Positions 1 to 9,138 are shown, counted from the first letter of the stretch. The stretch is 32,423 nt of DNA from Candidatus Nomurabacteria bacterium (GCA_009695015.1 SIBT01000002.1:1-32423); one strand, 5' to 3'. The notes: a model not told the origin generated them from the sequence alone. Translations and numbers: made by a program.

Positions 1-879
1 TATGATTGTCCTCAACCCATTTGAAGGGTCGCTTAATAGTTTCGGCGCATAACGCATAATTATCACCATGCGAAACTTTTCGATAATAAGTTTGAAATAT
101 AATTTCATATCCAAGTTTGTCTCGGATGCAATTTGAATAGCCTCTATCCCCTTTTCGATATTTTTTTCCGCAAGTGCTAAAATAAAATCATTCACTAGGA
201 TAGTCTTCGGGGCGCCAGTTATTTTTTCTACATCTTCTATTTTTATTTTCTTACTTTTGCTAAAATTTAAAACCTTTTGAAGTTCGCCCAATGCATCGCG
301 AAAAGATCCGTCAGCTAAAATAGCCAAAAGCTCCGCTGAACTAGCATCCAACTCAAAACCCTCTGCTTTCGTCACATCAATCAACATCTTTTTACATACT
401 GATTCCGAAGCTTTTTTGAAAGTGAAAACCTGACAACGAGAAATAATTGTTTCCGGAACTTTTTGCAGTTCAGTCGTCGCTAAAATAAAAATAACATGCT
501 TTGGTGGCTCTTCGAGAGTTTTTAATAATGCGCCCCAAGCGTCTTTGGAAAGCATATGCACTTCGTCAATTATGTAAACTTTATATTTTGAATCAAAGGG
601 CAAGACTCGTGCGCCATCACGGAGCTCTTTAATATCTTCGATGCCCCTGTTTGAAGCCGCGTCTATTTCATATAAGTCATTTATAGATACACCGATTTCG
701 TTTGCAAAGATACGAGCGACGGAAGTCTTGCCTGTGCCACGCGTACCAACGAAAAGATAAGCGTGCGAGACTTTATTTGTCTCCACTGAGCTTTCTAAAA
801 CTTTCACAATATGATCTTGTCCTAAAACTTCCTCGAAAGTCTTTGGGCGATATTTTCGATATAAAGCTAAATCGTGCAT
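1..879 (-). CDS. dnaX: DNA polymerase III subunit gamma/tau, N-terminal 293 codons (3' end runs off the window start)
   Basis: Own translation of the minus strand from ATG (879-877): MHDLALYRKYRPKTFEEVLGQDHIVKVLESSVETNKVSHAYLFVGTRGTGKTSVARIFANEIG... It has a Walker A (GTRGTGKTS), a DEVHML box and a TIISRCQVF sensor motif. The frame is open to position 1. It is absent from the supplied ORF track. Confidence 0.9.
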   Translation of the reverse strand, partial: MHDLALYRKYRPKTFEEVLGQDHIVKVLESSVETNKVSHAYLFVGTRGTGKTSVARIFANEIGVSINDLYEIDAASNRGIEDIKELRDGARVLPFDSKYKVYIIDEVHMLSKDAWGALLKTLEEPPKHVIFILATTELQKVPETIISRCQVFTFKKASESVCKKMLIDVTKAEGFELDASSAELLAILADGSFRDALGELQKVLNFSKSKKIKIEDVEKITGAPKTILVNDFILALAEKNIEKGIEAIQIASETNLDMKLYFKLIIEKFRMVIIMRYAPKLLSDPSNGLRTII

Positions 880-947
880 TTCGTTAGTATATCAAAAAAA
901 TAAGTAAAAAAGCCAGTACATTTTTTCTCCTTTATTTTATAAATATT

Positions 948-1970
948 TTAAATATTATCCAAAAATTCGTTAACCATAGTTTCCACTTGCGAAGCAGTAT
1001 TAGTTTCCATTAATTTTACTCGCAATTCTTTGGCACCGTCGAAACCATTGGCGTATGCTTTGTAATGTTTTTTCATAATCGCAAAATTTTTATGCTTGCC
1101 TAGCATTTTTTCAAAAAGTTTCGTGTGTTCTACCATGACTTGTAATTTTTGTTTCACCTCCTCTCCTTTACTAGGAGAGGGTTGGGATGAGGTGGATTCT
1201 GTGAATTCCTGCCCTTCGACATCACTCGGGACATTTTTATTAGCAAATAAAAATGGATTCCCAAATATCGCTCTGCCTAGCATTACCCCATCACACCCAG
1301 TCTCTTTTATTTTTTGTCTTGCGTCCTCTAAATTTAAAACATCACCATTGCCTATTATTAAAGTCTTCTTACCCATTTCATTTCGAATTCCCACTATTTG
1401 TTTCATTAGATTCCAGTGCGCTGGAACATCAGACATTTCTTTGCGTGTGCGCAAATGCACTGTGAGCGCAGATATATTTTCTTTTAAGAGTTCTCTGATC
1501 CAAGTTTCAATTTCATTTTTATTGTAACCAATGCGAGTTTTGACAGATACAGGAAGCCCGCCACCGCCCTCTATCGCTGCTTGTATTATCTCTCGAGCGA
1601 GCTTTGGGTTTTTCATCATCGCCGCGCCGGCACATTGCTTCTCGATGGTTTTATCTGGACAACCCATATTTATATCTATGCCATCAAAACCAAGCTCCTT
1701 ACAGAGAGCAGACGCTTTTTTTATATTTTCCACGTTTGATCCAAATATCTGCGAGACAATCGGCCTTTCGTTTTCCTCATATATAAAATCAATCAAAAGT
1801 TTTTCTCGCGCTATTCTATGAGCCAATCCATCCGCCGAGACGAATTCAGTCCAAAAAACATCTGGTTTACCATACTTTGCAATGATCTGCCTAAAAGCAC
1901 AATCGGTGACGTCTGCCATCGGTGCTAAACAGAAAATGGGTTTTTCGAGTTTTTGCCAAAAATTATTCAT
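948..1970 (-). CDS. dus: tRNA-dihydrouridine synthase (Dus family, TIM-barrel flavoenzyme)
   Basis: 340 aa ORF with an ATG start. N-terminal LAPMADVTDCAFRQI, the catalytic-Cys motif NMGCP and the GVMLGRA motif are typical of the DusA/B/C family. Confidence 0.9.
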   Translation of the reverse strand: MNNFWQKLEKPIFCLAPMADVTDCAFRQIIAKYGKPDVFWTEFVSADGLAHRIAREKLLIDFIYEENERPIVSQIFGSNVENIKKASALCKELGFDGIDINMGCPDKTIEKQCAGAAMMKNPKLAREIIQAAIEGGGGLPVSVKTRIGYNKNEIETWIRELLKENISALTVHLRTRKEMSDVPAHWNLMKQIVGIRNEMGKKTLIIGNGDVLNLEDARQKIKETGCDGVMLGRAIFGNPFLFANKNVPSDVEGQEFTESTSSQPSPSKGEEVKQKLQVMVEHTKLFEKMLGKHKNFAIMKKHYKAYANGFDGAKELRVKLMETNTASQVETMVNEFLDNI

Positions 1971-2009
1971 AATTAAATTGCGATATAAAAAATTTATCGC
2001 AGTACCATT

Positions 2010-2900
2010 TTAACGGAACTTGTAATATACCTTATTTCCAAACCTTAAATCAATGTATAAAAGTGAAGAGTATTTATTCTTTAAATCTGATAAAAGTGGT
2101 TCTGTGTTAACGACTGTTTCTAAATTTTTAGCGACGATTGATAAATCTGAATCAATTTTGAAAATTATTTCAGGTCCTATCGATAACGTTCTACTAGAAA
2201 GTAATATTTTAGCATTTCCATTCTCTTCTATATATAATGTCACTGGTTTTAATCCCATAACGAGAAGCGCTTCTTTAAATGAAATAAGACTGGTGAAATT
2301 TTTTGGGGAAAAATAAGACCTATCTGCAATACCATAAAACCTAAAATAAACTCCTGCAGAAAAATACGGCGCTTCATCAAAAATAAAACCTGCATCATCC
2401 ACAAAGTAACATTTTTCCTCTTTGGTAGTTGGATTATCACTTGGTAGTCCGACTGCCAAATAGGTATCACCACACCAAGTATAAACTGCTATTCGTTCAG
2501 TCAAAACAATTTCAAGAATTTTATTGTCTTTAATAGAAAAATTTATATTCTTAAATCTTTTAAATCGATTCTGTAATTCTTTAGTGATATTATTTTTTGG
2601 ATAAAATAATATATTTTTCTTTGGAAAAAACCACAGATAATTTCCTGAGGTTTCTTGTGCTACAACTGCTTTGATTATATCAGCATCTACAGTCTCATTG
2701 CCTATTATTTCTACTGAACTGATATTAAAAGCAGGCATACGAGAGATATAAACCAAGCCTGCAAAAATTATCAAAAACGCAAATATATAAAGTAAAAACT
2801 TATTAAAGAAAATCTTATTCCTCTGCTTTTTTAACTCCAAAAGTCGTGGAGAATTCAAAACGTTTATTTTCATAGTTTTTATTTGATTCAGCAGAATCAC
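2010..2900 (-). CDS. ftsQ: FtsQ-like cell division protein (N-terminal TM helix + POTRA domain)
   Basis: 296 aa ORF. A hydrophobic helix (LLYIFAFLIIFAGLVYI) is followed by a POTRA-like FNISSVEIIGNETVDADIIKAVV. The start is ambiguous: GTG at 2900 abuts the serS stop, and ATG at 2873 (MKINVLN) is an alternative. Confidence 0.6.
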   Translation of the reverse strand: MILLNQIKTMKINVLNSPRLLELKKQRNKIFFNKFLLYIFAFLIIFAGLVYISRMPAFNISSVEIIGNETVDADIIKAVVAQETSGNYLWFFPKKNILFYPKNNITKELQNRFKRFKNINFSIKDNKILEIVLTERIAVYTWCGDTYLAVGLPSDNPTTKEEKCYFVDDAGFIFDEAPYFSAGVYFRFYGIADRSYFSPKNFTSLISFKEALLVMGLKPVTLYIEENGNAKILLSSRTLSIGPEIIFKIDSDLSIVAKNLETVVNTEPLLSDLKNKYSSLLYIDLRFGNKVYYKFR

Positions 2901-4214
2901 TTACTGGGTTATAAATTCCCTCCCCCCCATATATTTTCGTAAAACTTCTGGGATTTTTATACTGCCGTTCGCTTGCTGGTAATTTTCAATGATTGCAATT
3001 AGTGTTCGTCCAATGGCGACAACAGTAGCATCGTTCATATGTACATGTTCTATTTTTCCATTCTCTCTTTTGACTCTAGTGTTTAAACGACGAGATTGAA
3101 ATCCTCCAGTAGAGTCTGAACTATGCGTTTCTCTGTATTTATTTTGTCCGGGCATCCAAGTCTCAATATCTATCTGCCTACTGTCTGGAAAACCCATGTC
3201 ACCAGTACAAACAGCGACTACTTGGTAAGGCAATTTTAACATTTGCAATACATGTTCTTGGATAGCAACCAAGAAATTTTGCTCTTGCATGGAATTTTCT
3301 GGCAACGAAAAAACTTCCATTTCTAATTTATCAAATTGGTGCTGACGCAAAATGCCGTTTGCATCTTTGCCTGCTGCACCAGCTTCGCGTCTGAATGCAG
3401 TCGAATATCCAGCATACCGAATAGGTAATTCACTTTCTTTGAAAATTTTATTTATATGCATCGAACCGAGGGTGTGTTCAGCGCTACCAATAAGCATCAG
3501 ATCATCATTTGGAAACATATAATGTTCTTCTGGTGTCATATATCGTGCCATCTTTACTTGCACTAATGGTCGAATAAAAACTGGTGGTATGACGGGCAGA
3601 AAAACAGAAGGAGTTATTGAAATTTTAGATTCCTCAGCAATTTTTTTTAGTGTTTCTGTATTCGTCAAAATTTCTAAACACATTTGGATTAGAGCAAACT
3701 GTAAAAAAACTGCATCACCTTTTAAATATGAAAATCTTGCTCCAGAAACTTCTCCAGATGTTTCTGTGTCTATGATGTCTAATGTTTTTCCTAGTTCATA
3801 ATGTTCTTTAGGGCTAAAAGAAAATTGTGGTTTTTCTCCCCAATTTTTTATTATCTTATTCCCGCTATCATCAATTCCTTCTGGCGTATCGACTGAAGGT
3901 ATGTTTGGTATTTTTAGCATAATTTTCTGCCATTCTTCTATAATTTTCTTTAATTTTTCTTCTTTGGTTTTTATTTCTTCTTTGACTCCTCGCATTTCTT
4001 CAATTAACTGAATTTTGAGCGCAGAATCTTGATCGCGAACGATGTCGTTCGAGACTCTATTTACTTCCGCTCGCAAGTCTTCTATTTCTTTAAGCTCTTT
4101 TAAACGTTCATCGTCGAGAGTTATGAGTTTATCTAAGTCAACCTCCACGCGCTTTTTCTTGGCGCCCTCTTGCACTATATCTTTATTTTCCCGGATGAAT
4201 TTTATGTCTAACAT
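2901..4214 (-). CDS. serS: Seryl-tRNA synthetase
   Basis: 437 aa. It has the N-terminal coiled-coil arm (MLDIKFIRENKD...) and a class II core with FRREAGAAGKD and TGGFQSRRLNTR motifs. Confidence 0.95.
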   Translation of the reverse strand: MLDIKFIRENKDIVQEGAKKKRVEVDLDKLITLDDERLKELKEIEDLRAEVNRVSNDIVRDQDSALKIQLIEEMRGVKEEIKTKEEKLKKIIEEWQKIMLKIPNIPSVDTPEGIDDSGNKIIKNWGEKPQFSFSPKEHYELGKTLDIIDTETSGEVSGARFSYLKGDAVFLQFALIQMCLEILTNTETLKKIAEESKISITPSVFLPVIPPVFIRPLVQVKMARYMTPEEHYMFPNDDLMLIGSAEHTLGSMHINKIFKESELPIRYAGYSTAFRREAGAAGKDANGILRQHQFDKLEMEVFSLPENSMQEQNFLVAIQEHVLQMLKLPYQVVAVCTGDMGFPDSRQIDIETWMPGQNKYRETHSSDSTGGFQSRRLNTRVKRENGKIEHVHMNDATVVAIGRTLIAIIENYQQANGSIKIPEVLRKYMGGREFITQ

Positions 4215-4228
4215 GCTATGATTGTATC

Positions 4229-5095
4229 ATGGAAATAAAAAAACTGCCAAAAAATAAATTTCCAAAAGCACTATTAGAAATTCCACAACCTCCTGAAAAT
4301 CTTTGGATAATAGGCGATCTACCTACTGATGAAAATTTGATTTATTTATGTGTGGTTGGTTCACGCAAGTTTACCTCTTATGGACGCGAGGCTTGTGAAA
4401 AAATAATCGCTGGTTTAAAAGGTTATCCGATAGTAATAGTATCTGGTTTTGCTATTGGTATAGACACAATTGCTCACAAAAAAGCCATGCAAGTGGGACT
4501 GAAAACAATAGTATTTCCTGGTTCTGGGCTCTCGGCTCCGGCGATGTATCCAAAAACAAACTTGCGGTTAATGAAGGAAATAATCGAAAGTGGTGGATGT
4601 TTAATTTCAGAATTTGAACCTGATTTCAAGGCTACCCAATGGAGCTTTCCAATGCGAAATAGACTTATGGCAGGTATCTCAAAGGCAGTTCTCATCATAG
4701 AAGCGGAGGAAAGGTCTGGTACTCTGATCACGGCTCGGCTAACGACCGAATACAATAGAGATTTGTTGGTGGTGCCCGGATCTATCTTTTCTTCCAACTC
4801 AAAAGGCACCAATAGATTATTGAAAGCTGGTGCGATCCCTATCACATCTTCAGAAGACGTATTAGAAGCCCTTGGTTTTGAACAAGAGCGAGATGAAGAA
4901 AAACAATTAAGACTTTTTGAAGATTTATCACCTGAAGAAAAAAGAATTGTCGATCTGCTTCGTGAACCTATACCGAGAGATGATTTAATTCGTGCAATGA
5001 AACTTCCGATTCCGACAGCTAATGCGATGTTGTCTGTGATGGAAATCAAAGGACTGATAAAAGAAGAACTCGGTGAGATTAGGCTAAATGCTTAA
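4229..5095 (+). CDS. dprA: DNA processing protein DprA/Smf
   Basis: 288 aa. The Rossmann-like core VVGSRKFTSYGREACEKII...SGFAIGIDTIAHKKAM and a C-terminal winged-helix segment are present. It lies immediately upstream of topA, a common arrangement. Confidence 0.9.
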   Translation: MEIKKLPKNKFPKALLEIPQPPENLWIIGDLPTDENLIYLCVVGSRKFTSYGREACEKIIAGLKGYPIVIVSGFAIGIDTIAHKKAMQVGLKTIVFPGSGLSAPAMYPKTNLRLMKEIIESGGCLISEFEPDFKATQWSFPMRNRLMAGISKAVLIIEAEERSGTLITARLTTEYNRDLLVVPGSIFSSNSKGTNRLLKAGAIPITSSEDVLEALGFEQERDEEKQLRLFEDLSPEEKRIVDLLREPIPRDDLIRAMKLPIPTANAMLSVMEIKGLIKEELGEIRLNA

Positions 5096-5103
5096 TCTCA
5101 CCG
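5071..5103 (+). other. Perfect 11-bp-stem hairpin enclosing the dprA stop codon
   Basis: cggtgagatta (5071-5081) pairs with taatctcaccg (5093-5103) around an 11-nt loop. No T-run follows directly; a GC-rich patch (5101-5131) does. Function is unknown (weak terminator or RNA stabiliser). Confidence 0.4.
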
Positions 5104-5200
5104 CCGGAGCACGACGGTGCGGGGCGAGCTCAACAGAATTTTTCAGCAGAAAAATATAACATTTGCCAAAGAATAAGATTTTGTGCAATACTTAGCACTA

Positions 5201-7438
5201 ATGAAATTATTAATTGTTGAATCACCGTCGAAAGCGAAAACTATCGAAAAATATTTAGACAGTGCTTCCACATCTGCCGCGGATCGTTTTACTGTGCGCG
5301 CTTCCATCGGACATATTCGTGATTTACCAAAATCAAACAAAACAGCGATAGACATCGAAGCGGGTTTTGTTCCGCATTATGAAATTTCTAAAGGTAAAGA
5401 AAAAATTGTACATGAATTACAAGGATTAGCATCCAAGGCAAATGAAATAATATTGGCGACTGACCCTGATCGCGAAGGAGAAGCTATTGCTTGGCACATC
5501 GAGACACTTTTGAAACAAGATAAAAAAGTAAAAGCGCCGATCGAGCGAGTGACTTTTCATGAGATTACAAAAGATGCAGTAGAAGAAGCATTGAAGCATC
5601 CACGCCAGATCGATACAAACTTACGCAAAGCTCAAGAAGCACGCAGGGTACTAGATCGACTAGTCGGGTATGATCTCTCTGGACTTATTTGGAAAAAAGT
5701 ACGATATGGACTCTCAGCTGGACGTGTGCAGTCTCCAGCATTACGCATCATCATGGAACGTGAACGCGAGATTCGCGCTTTTATTCCTGAAAAATATTGG
5801 AAGATTTTTGGACTATTTGAGACTTTTAAAAAGGAAAAAATAATTTTAGAGTGTAGTGAAGAACCGCGAGATGAAAAATTAGTAGAGAAAATATTAGAAG
5901 TCGGAAAATCTGGAACTTGGTTAGTAAAGAGTGTAAAAGAATCAGAACAAAAACGTTCCCCGCGCGCGCCTTTTACCACTTCAACTCTTCAGCAAACTGC
6001 GAGTTCACGTCTCGGATACTCCCCTTCACGAACGATGCAAATTGCACAAAAACTTTACGAGTCTGGACACATCACCTATATGCGTACGGATAGTACAAAT
6101 TTGTCTACAGTGGCACAATCGCAAATAATTTCTTTTGTTCAAAAAAAATATGGTAATGAATATGCTGAAGCGCGCATTTACAAAACTAAATCTAAAAATG
6201 CACAAGAAGCGCACGAAGCGATACGCCCGACTCATATCGAGCATCTTATTGCCGGTAATGAAGATCAAGACAAGCTCTATAGATTGATCTGGGAACGTGC
6301 AGTGTCTTCACAAATGACTGATGCAAAATTATTAAAAACAAAAATTTCAGCGAATGTAGCTGGAACTTCTGAAATCCCTGATTTTTCTGCCAATGGTTCT
6401 CGTCTACTCTTTCCAGGATGGCTTGCGGTAGATTCGGATGCAAGAGGTGATGATGTGGAATTACCAAAATGTATTGCTGGAGAAGAATTAAAATTGATCA
6501 ATCTAGAGAGTGAGGAAAAATTTACTGAGCCACCAGGCCGATACAGTGAAGCAGGACTCATCAAAGAACTTGAAACCAGAGGTATAGGCCGACCTTCCAC
6601 TTATGCTTCTATTATGCGTACAATCGAAGAACGTGGCTATGTGACAAAGCAAGGTAAAACTTTATTTCCGACCGACGTGGGTGAAGTCGTCTCTGATTTT
6701 TTGGAAAAACATTTTATGAATTATATTTCAGATAGCTTTACAGCCGAAATGGAAGACAAGCTCGATGAAATTTCTCTCGGTGAGAGACAATACGAAAAAA
6801 CCTTGAAAGATTTTTATGGTCCATTTTTAAAAGATGTGAAATCAAAAGAAAAGTTGGAAAAAGCTACAAACTTGGGTGATGCGCCAGAGAATATAAAATG
6901 TCCAAAATGCGGAAGTTCAATGATTATAAAACTTTCTCGTGGAGGAAAATTTTATTCTTGTTCAAAATATCCAGATTGTGATGGAGCACTGATGCAAGAC
7001 GGTACTGAATTAAAGGGTCCAACAGAAACAGGAGAAAAGTGTCCAGAATGTGGAGAAAAAAAAGGAAAATCAGGCGGAGGAAAACTTGTCATTCGCGAAA
7101 GACGAGACGGTACAGGCACATTTATTTCTTGTTCTCGCTATCCAAAATGTAAATTTATAAAAAGTGACGAGGCGGATCAAGCAAAAAAGAGGACTGGGGT
7201 ATTGTGTCCAACATGTAAAACTGGCGATATCAGTGAACGCCGTGGAAGATTTGGCATTTTCTATTCTTGTTCAAATTATCCAAAATGTAAATTTGCAATC
7301 AAAGCAAAACCTACAGGCAATATATGCAAAGAATGTGAAAGTTTGATGATGGAAGGCACGAAGACTATACCAGAGAGATGTAGCAACAAAGCCTGTTCAC
7401 AACACAATCCTCACAAAATTAAAAAAATAGACGACTAA
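5201..7438 (+). CDS. topA: DNA topoisomerase I with C-terminal Cys4 zinc-ribbon repeats
   Basis: The Toprim start is MKLLIVESPSKAKTIEKYL. The active-site region is ITYMRTDS. At least three clear CxxC...CxxC zinc ribbons are present (CPKCGS..CSKYPDC, CPECGE..CSRYPKC, CPTCKT..CSNYPKC). The ORF track starts at GTG 5183; ATG 5201 fits the conserved N-terminus better. Confidence 0.95.
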   Translation: MKLLIVESPSKAKTIEKYLDSASTSAADRFTVRASIGHIRDLPKSNKTAIDIEAGFVPHYEISKGKEKIVHELQGLASKANEIILATDPDREGEAIAWHIETLLKQDKKVKAPIERVTFHEITKDAVEEALKHPRQIDTNLRKAQEARRVLDRLVGYDLSGLIWKKVRYGLSAGRVQSPALRIIMEREREIRAFIPEKYWKIFGLFETFKKEKIILECSEEPRDEKLVEKILEVGKSGTWLVKSVKESEQKRSPRAPFTTSTLQQTASSRLGYSPSRTMQIAQKLYESGHITYMRTDSTNLSTVAQSQIISFVQKKYGNEYAEARIYKTKSKNAQEAHEAIRPTHIEHLIAGNEDQDKLYRLIWERAVSSQMTDAKLLKTKISANVAGTSEIPDFSANGSRLLFPGWLAVDSDARGDDVELPKCIAGEELKLINLESEEKFTEPPGRYSEAGLIKELETRGIGRPSTYASIMRTIEERGYVTKQGKTLFPTDVGEVVSDFLEKHFMNYISDSFTAEMEDKLDEISLGERQYEKTLKDFYGPFLKDVKSKEKLEKATNLGDAPENIKCPKCGSSMIIKLSRGGKFYSCSKYPDCDGALMQDGTELKGPTETGEKCPECGEKKGKSGGGKLVIRERRDGTGTFISCSRYPKCKFIKSDEADQAKKRTGVLCPTCKTGDISERRGRFGIFYSCSNYPKCKFAIKAKPTGNICKECESLMMEGTKTIPERCSNKACSQHNPHKIKKIDD

Positions 7439-7448
7439 AAAGAGAAAA

Positions 7449-7484
7449 GGCTGGAGACAGGTGCACCAGCACCTGTCTCCAGCC
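7449..7484. terminator. Bidirectional rho-independent terminator between convergent topA and the MaoC-like gene
   Basis: 16-bp perfect stem: ggctggagacaggtgc (7449-7464) and gcacctgtctccagcc (7469-7484), with a 4-nt loop. It is flanked by an A-run on the left and TTTT on the right. Confidence 0.75.
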
Positions 7485-7496
7485 TTTTGATAGAAC

Positions 7497-7934
7497 TTAG
7501 TTTTCTGTCACACGTCTGGGCACCATGACTACCGCTTCACCCCTCAATGCAATCTTCTTTGTATTTGTTATGCAAATGCACGAAAGCGTAGCGATCGCTC
7601 GTCTTGGTTCAAGAGTTTTTACTTCAACTCTTATGGTGACTGCATCATCCAATTTAATAGGTCTCTTGAATTCACATTTGAGCGACATTACAAGAGAGCC
7701 AGAACCTGGCAATTCCATGCCGATCAATGCTGAGACATACGCCACAATAAGCACTCCGTGAACTATGCGCTCTTTAAACTGTGAAGCTGCAGCATAGGAT
7801 GCATCCAAATGAATTGGATTGTAGTCTCCTGAAACTTCTGCAAACCTTTCGACATCATTAAGTGTTACAATCTTATTGATTTCCACAAATTGACCAATTG
7901 ATAAGTCTTCAAACTTTAAGCTTGTCGTTATCAT
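7497..7934 (-). CDS. MaoC-like (R)-specific enoyl-CoA hydratase / hotdog-fold dehydratase
   Basis: 145 aa. Matches include FAEVSGDYNPIHLD and the hotdog helix region HGVLIVAYVSALIG. Confidence 0.8.
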   Translation of the reverse strand: MITTSLKFEDLSIGQFVEINKIVTLNDVERFAEVSGDYNPIHLDASYAAASQFKERIVHGVLIVAYVSALIGMELPGSGSLVMSLKCEFKRPIKLDDAVTIRVEVKTLEPRRAIATLSCICITNTKKIALRGEAVVMVPRRVTEN

Positions 7935-8018
7935 TTAATGGGGCTCCTTTCATGCCCCGAAGAACTTACTTATTAAAAGTAGGTTACAGTTTTTTGTAAC
8001 TTTTGTCAAACTTACGCG

Positions 8019-9011
8019 TTAAACACTAAAGTTTGAAATATTATATAAATCAGCATCGTCTTGTTTTACTTCTTCTTTTGATCGGTCGTCGAGAGGTACT
8101 TCAGCACTTACATCGTCCTCAGGCAGGTCTTTAAGCACTGTATTAGCAATGTGGTTTTCCATCATTTCATCTGGTCTTTTTTCAATATTTGATTTATTAA
8201 TCAAACTCAAAATCTCGCGTAAATCTTCGATAGAAAAATAATCTATTTTGATTTGTCCACCTGATTCTTTTTTTTCTATATGCACTCGCGTGCCTAACTT
8301 TTCTTGAAATTCTTCTTCAAGTTCGGTTACTTCTGGATCTGGCATAAATTCTTTTTTGCGGACTCGGTCATAAGCTATTTTTCTAGCCAGTCTTTCCGCT
8401 TCTCGGACAGTAATTTTTTTATAGACAATTTCTTTAAACAATACGAGTTGCTCTTGTGGATGATCCGCAAGCATAAGTATCGGCCTAGTGTGACCCTCTG
8501 TGATCTTGCCATCTCGGAGACCAGTTAGTATTTCTTCCGGTAATGTTAAAATACGCAAAGAATTAGAAACGTATTCCCTACTCCTGCCCATTTTCTTTGC
8601 GATTTCATTGTGCGTGAATTTAAATTCGTTTGCTAGCCTGAAAAAAGCGCGAGCACGATCTACGACGTTTAAGTCTTCACGTTGTAAATTTTCAATAATA
8701 GCGAGCTCTAGCTTCATAATAGCCGTGTCGCCGGTACGGATGATGACTGGTACTTGAGAGACATGAGCAAGAATTGCCGCGCGAAGTCTGCGCTCGCCGG
8801 CGATCAATTCATATTCTGTAACAATACCACCCCCGTCTTTTTCTAATTCCACTCGTGAAACGGTGAGTGGTTGAAGCACCCCGTATTGCTTTATAGAATC
8901 AGCTAGGTCTTGTAGACGTAGTTCGTCAAAATCTCGCCGTGGCTGATATGGGTTTGGTTTTATCTTATCAGTATCAATCCAGAAAATTGAATTTGAATAA
9001 ATATTGGACAT
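8019..9011 (-). CDS. parB: ParB/Spo0J-family partition protein
   Basis: 330 aa. It has the ParB N-terminal box (IKPNPYQPRRDFDE), the GERRLRAA arginine patch and an HTH region (HNEIAKKMGRSREYVSNSLRIL). No parA is adjacent in this window. Confidence 0.85.
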   Translation of the reverse strand: MSNIYSNSIFWIDTDKIKPNPYQPRRDFDELRLQDLADSIKQYGVLQPLTVSRVELEKDGGGIVTEYELIAGERRLRAAILAHVSQVPVIIRTGDTAIMKLELAIIENLQREDLNVVDRARAFFRLANEFKFTHNEIAKKMGRSREYVSNSLRILTLPEEILTGLRDGKITEGHTRPILMLADHPQEQLVLFKEIVYKKITVREAERLARKIAYDRVRKKEFMPDPEVTELEEEFQEKLGTRVHIEKKESGGQIKIDYFSIEDLREILSLINKSNIEKRPDEMMENHIANTVLKDLPEDDVSAEVPLDDRSKEEVKQDDADLYNISNFSV

Positions 9012-9049
9012 GAGTTATATTCTAACACAGAATTTTTATTTTGTTTCAA

Positions 9050-9135
9050 GTGCAGTATTCTTGAATTAGTCCGAACGCATTTCGGGAAGGAAATCCCTCC
9101 GCGAAAATTCGGAAAGGCGGCGGAGCCGCACCGCT
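9050..9135 (+). repeat. 86-bp inverted repeat 'e', left copy
   Basis: gtgcagtattcttgaattagtccgaacgcatttcgggaaggaaatccctccgcgaaaattcggaaaggcggcggagccgcaccgct. It is the exact reverse complement of 9911-9996 (86/86, checked base by base). Confidence 0.95.
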
Positions 9136-9138
9136 GAC

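Noticed and set aside
4474-5049. Long antisense ORFs inside dprA (191 aa), topA, atpD (25715-26068), atpA (28474-28821), mreB (23255-23683) and others
   Set aside because: They lie opposite strongly conserved genes, have low-complexity composition and carry no recognisable motifs. These are typical shadow ORFs.
7981-8009. Possible promoter for the MaoC-like gene (minus strand TTGACA-17 nt-TAACCT)
   Set aside because: The -35 is perfect but the -10 matches only 3 of 6 positions. In AT-rich DNA this is not enough to call a feature.
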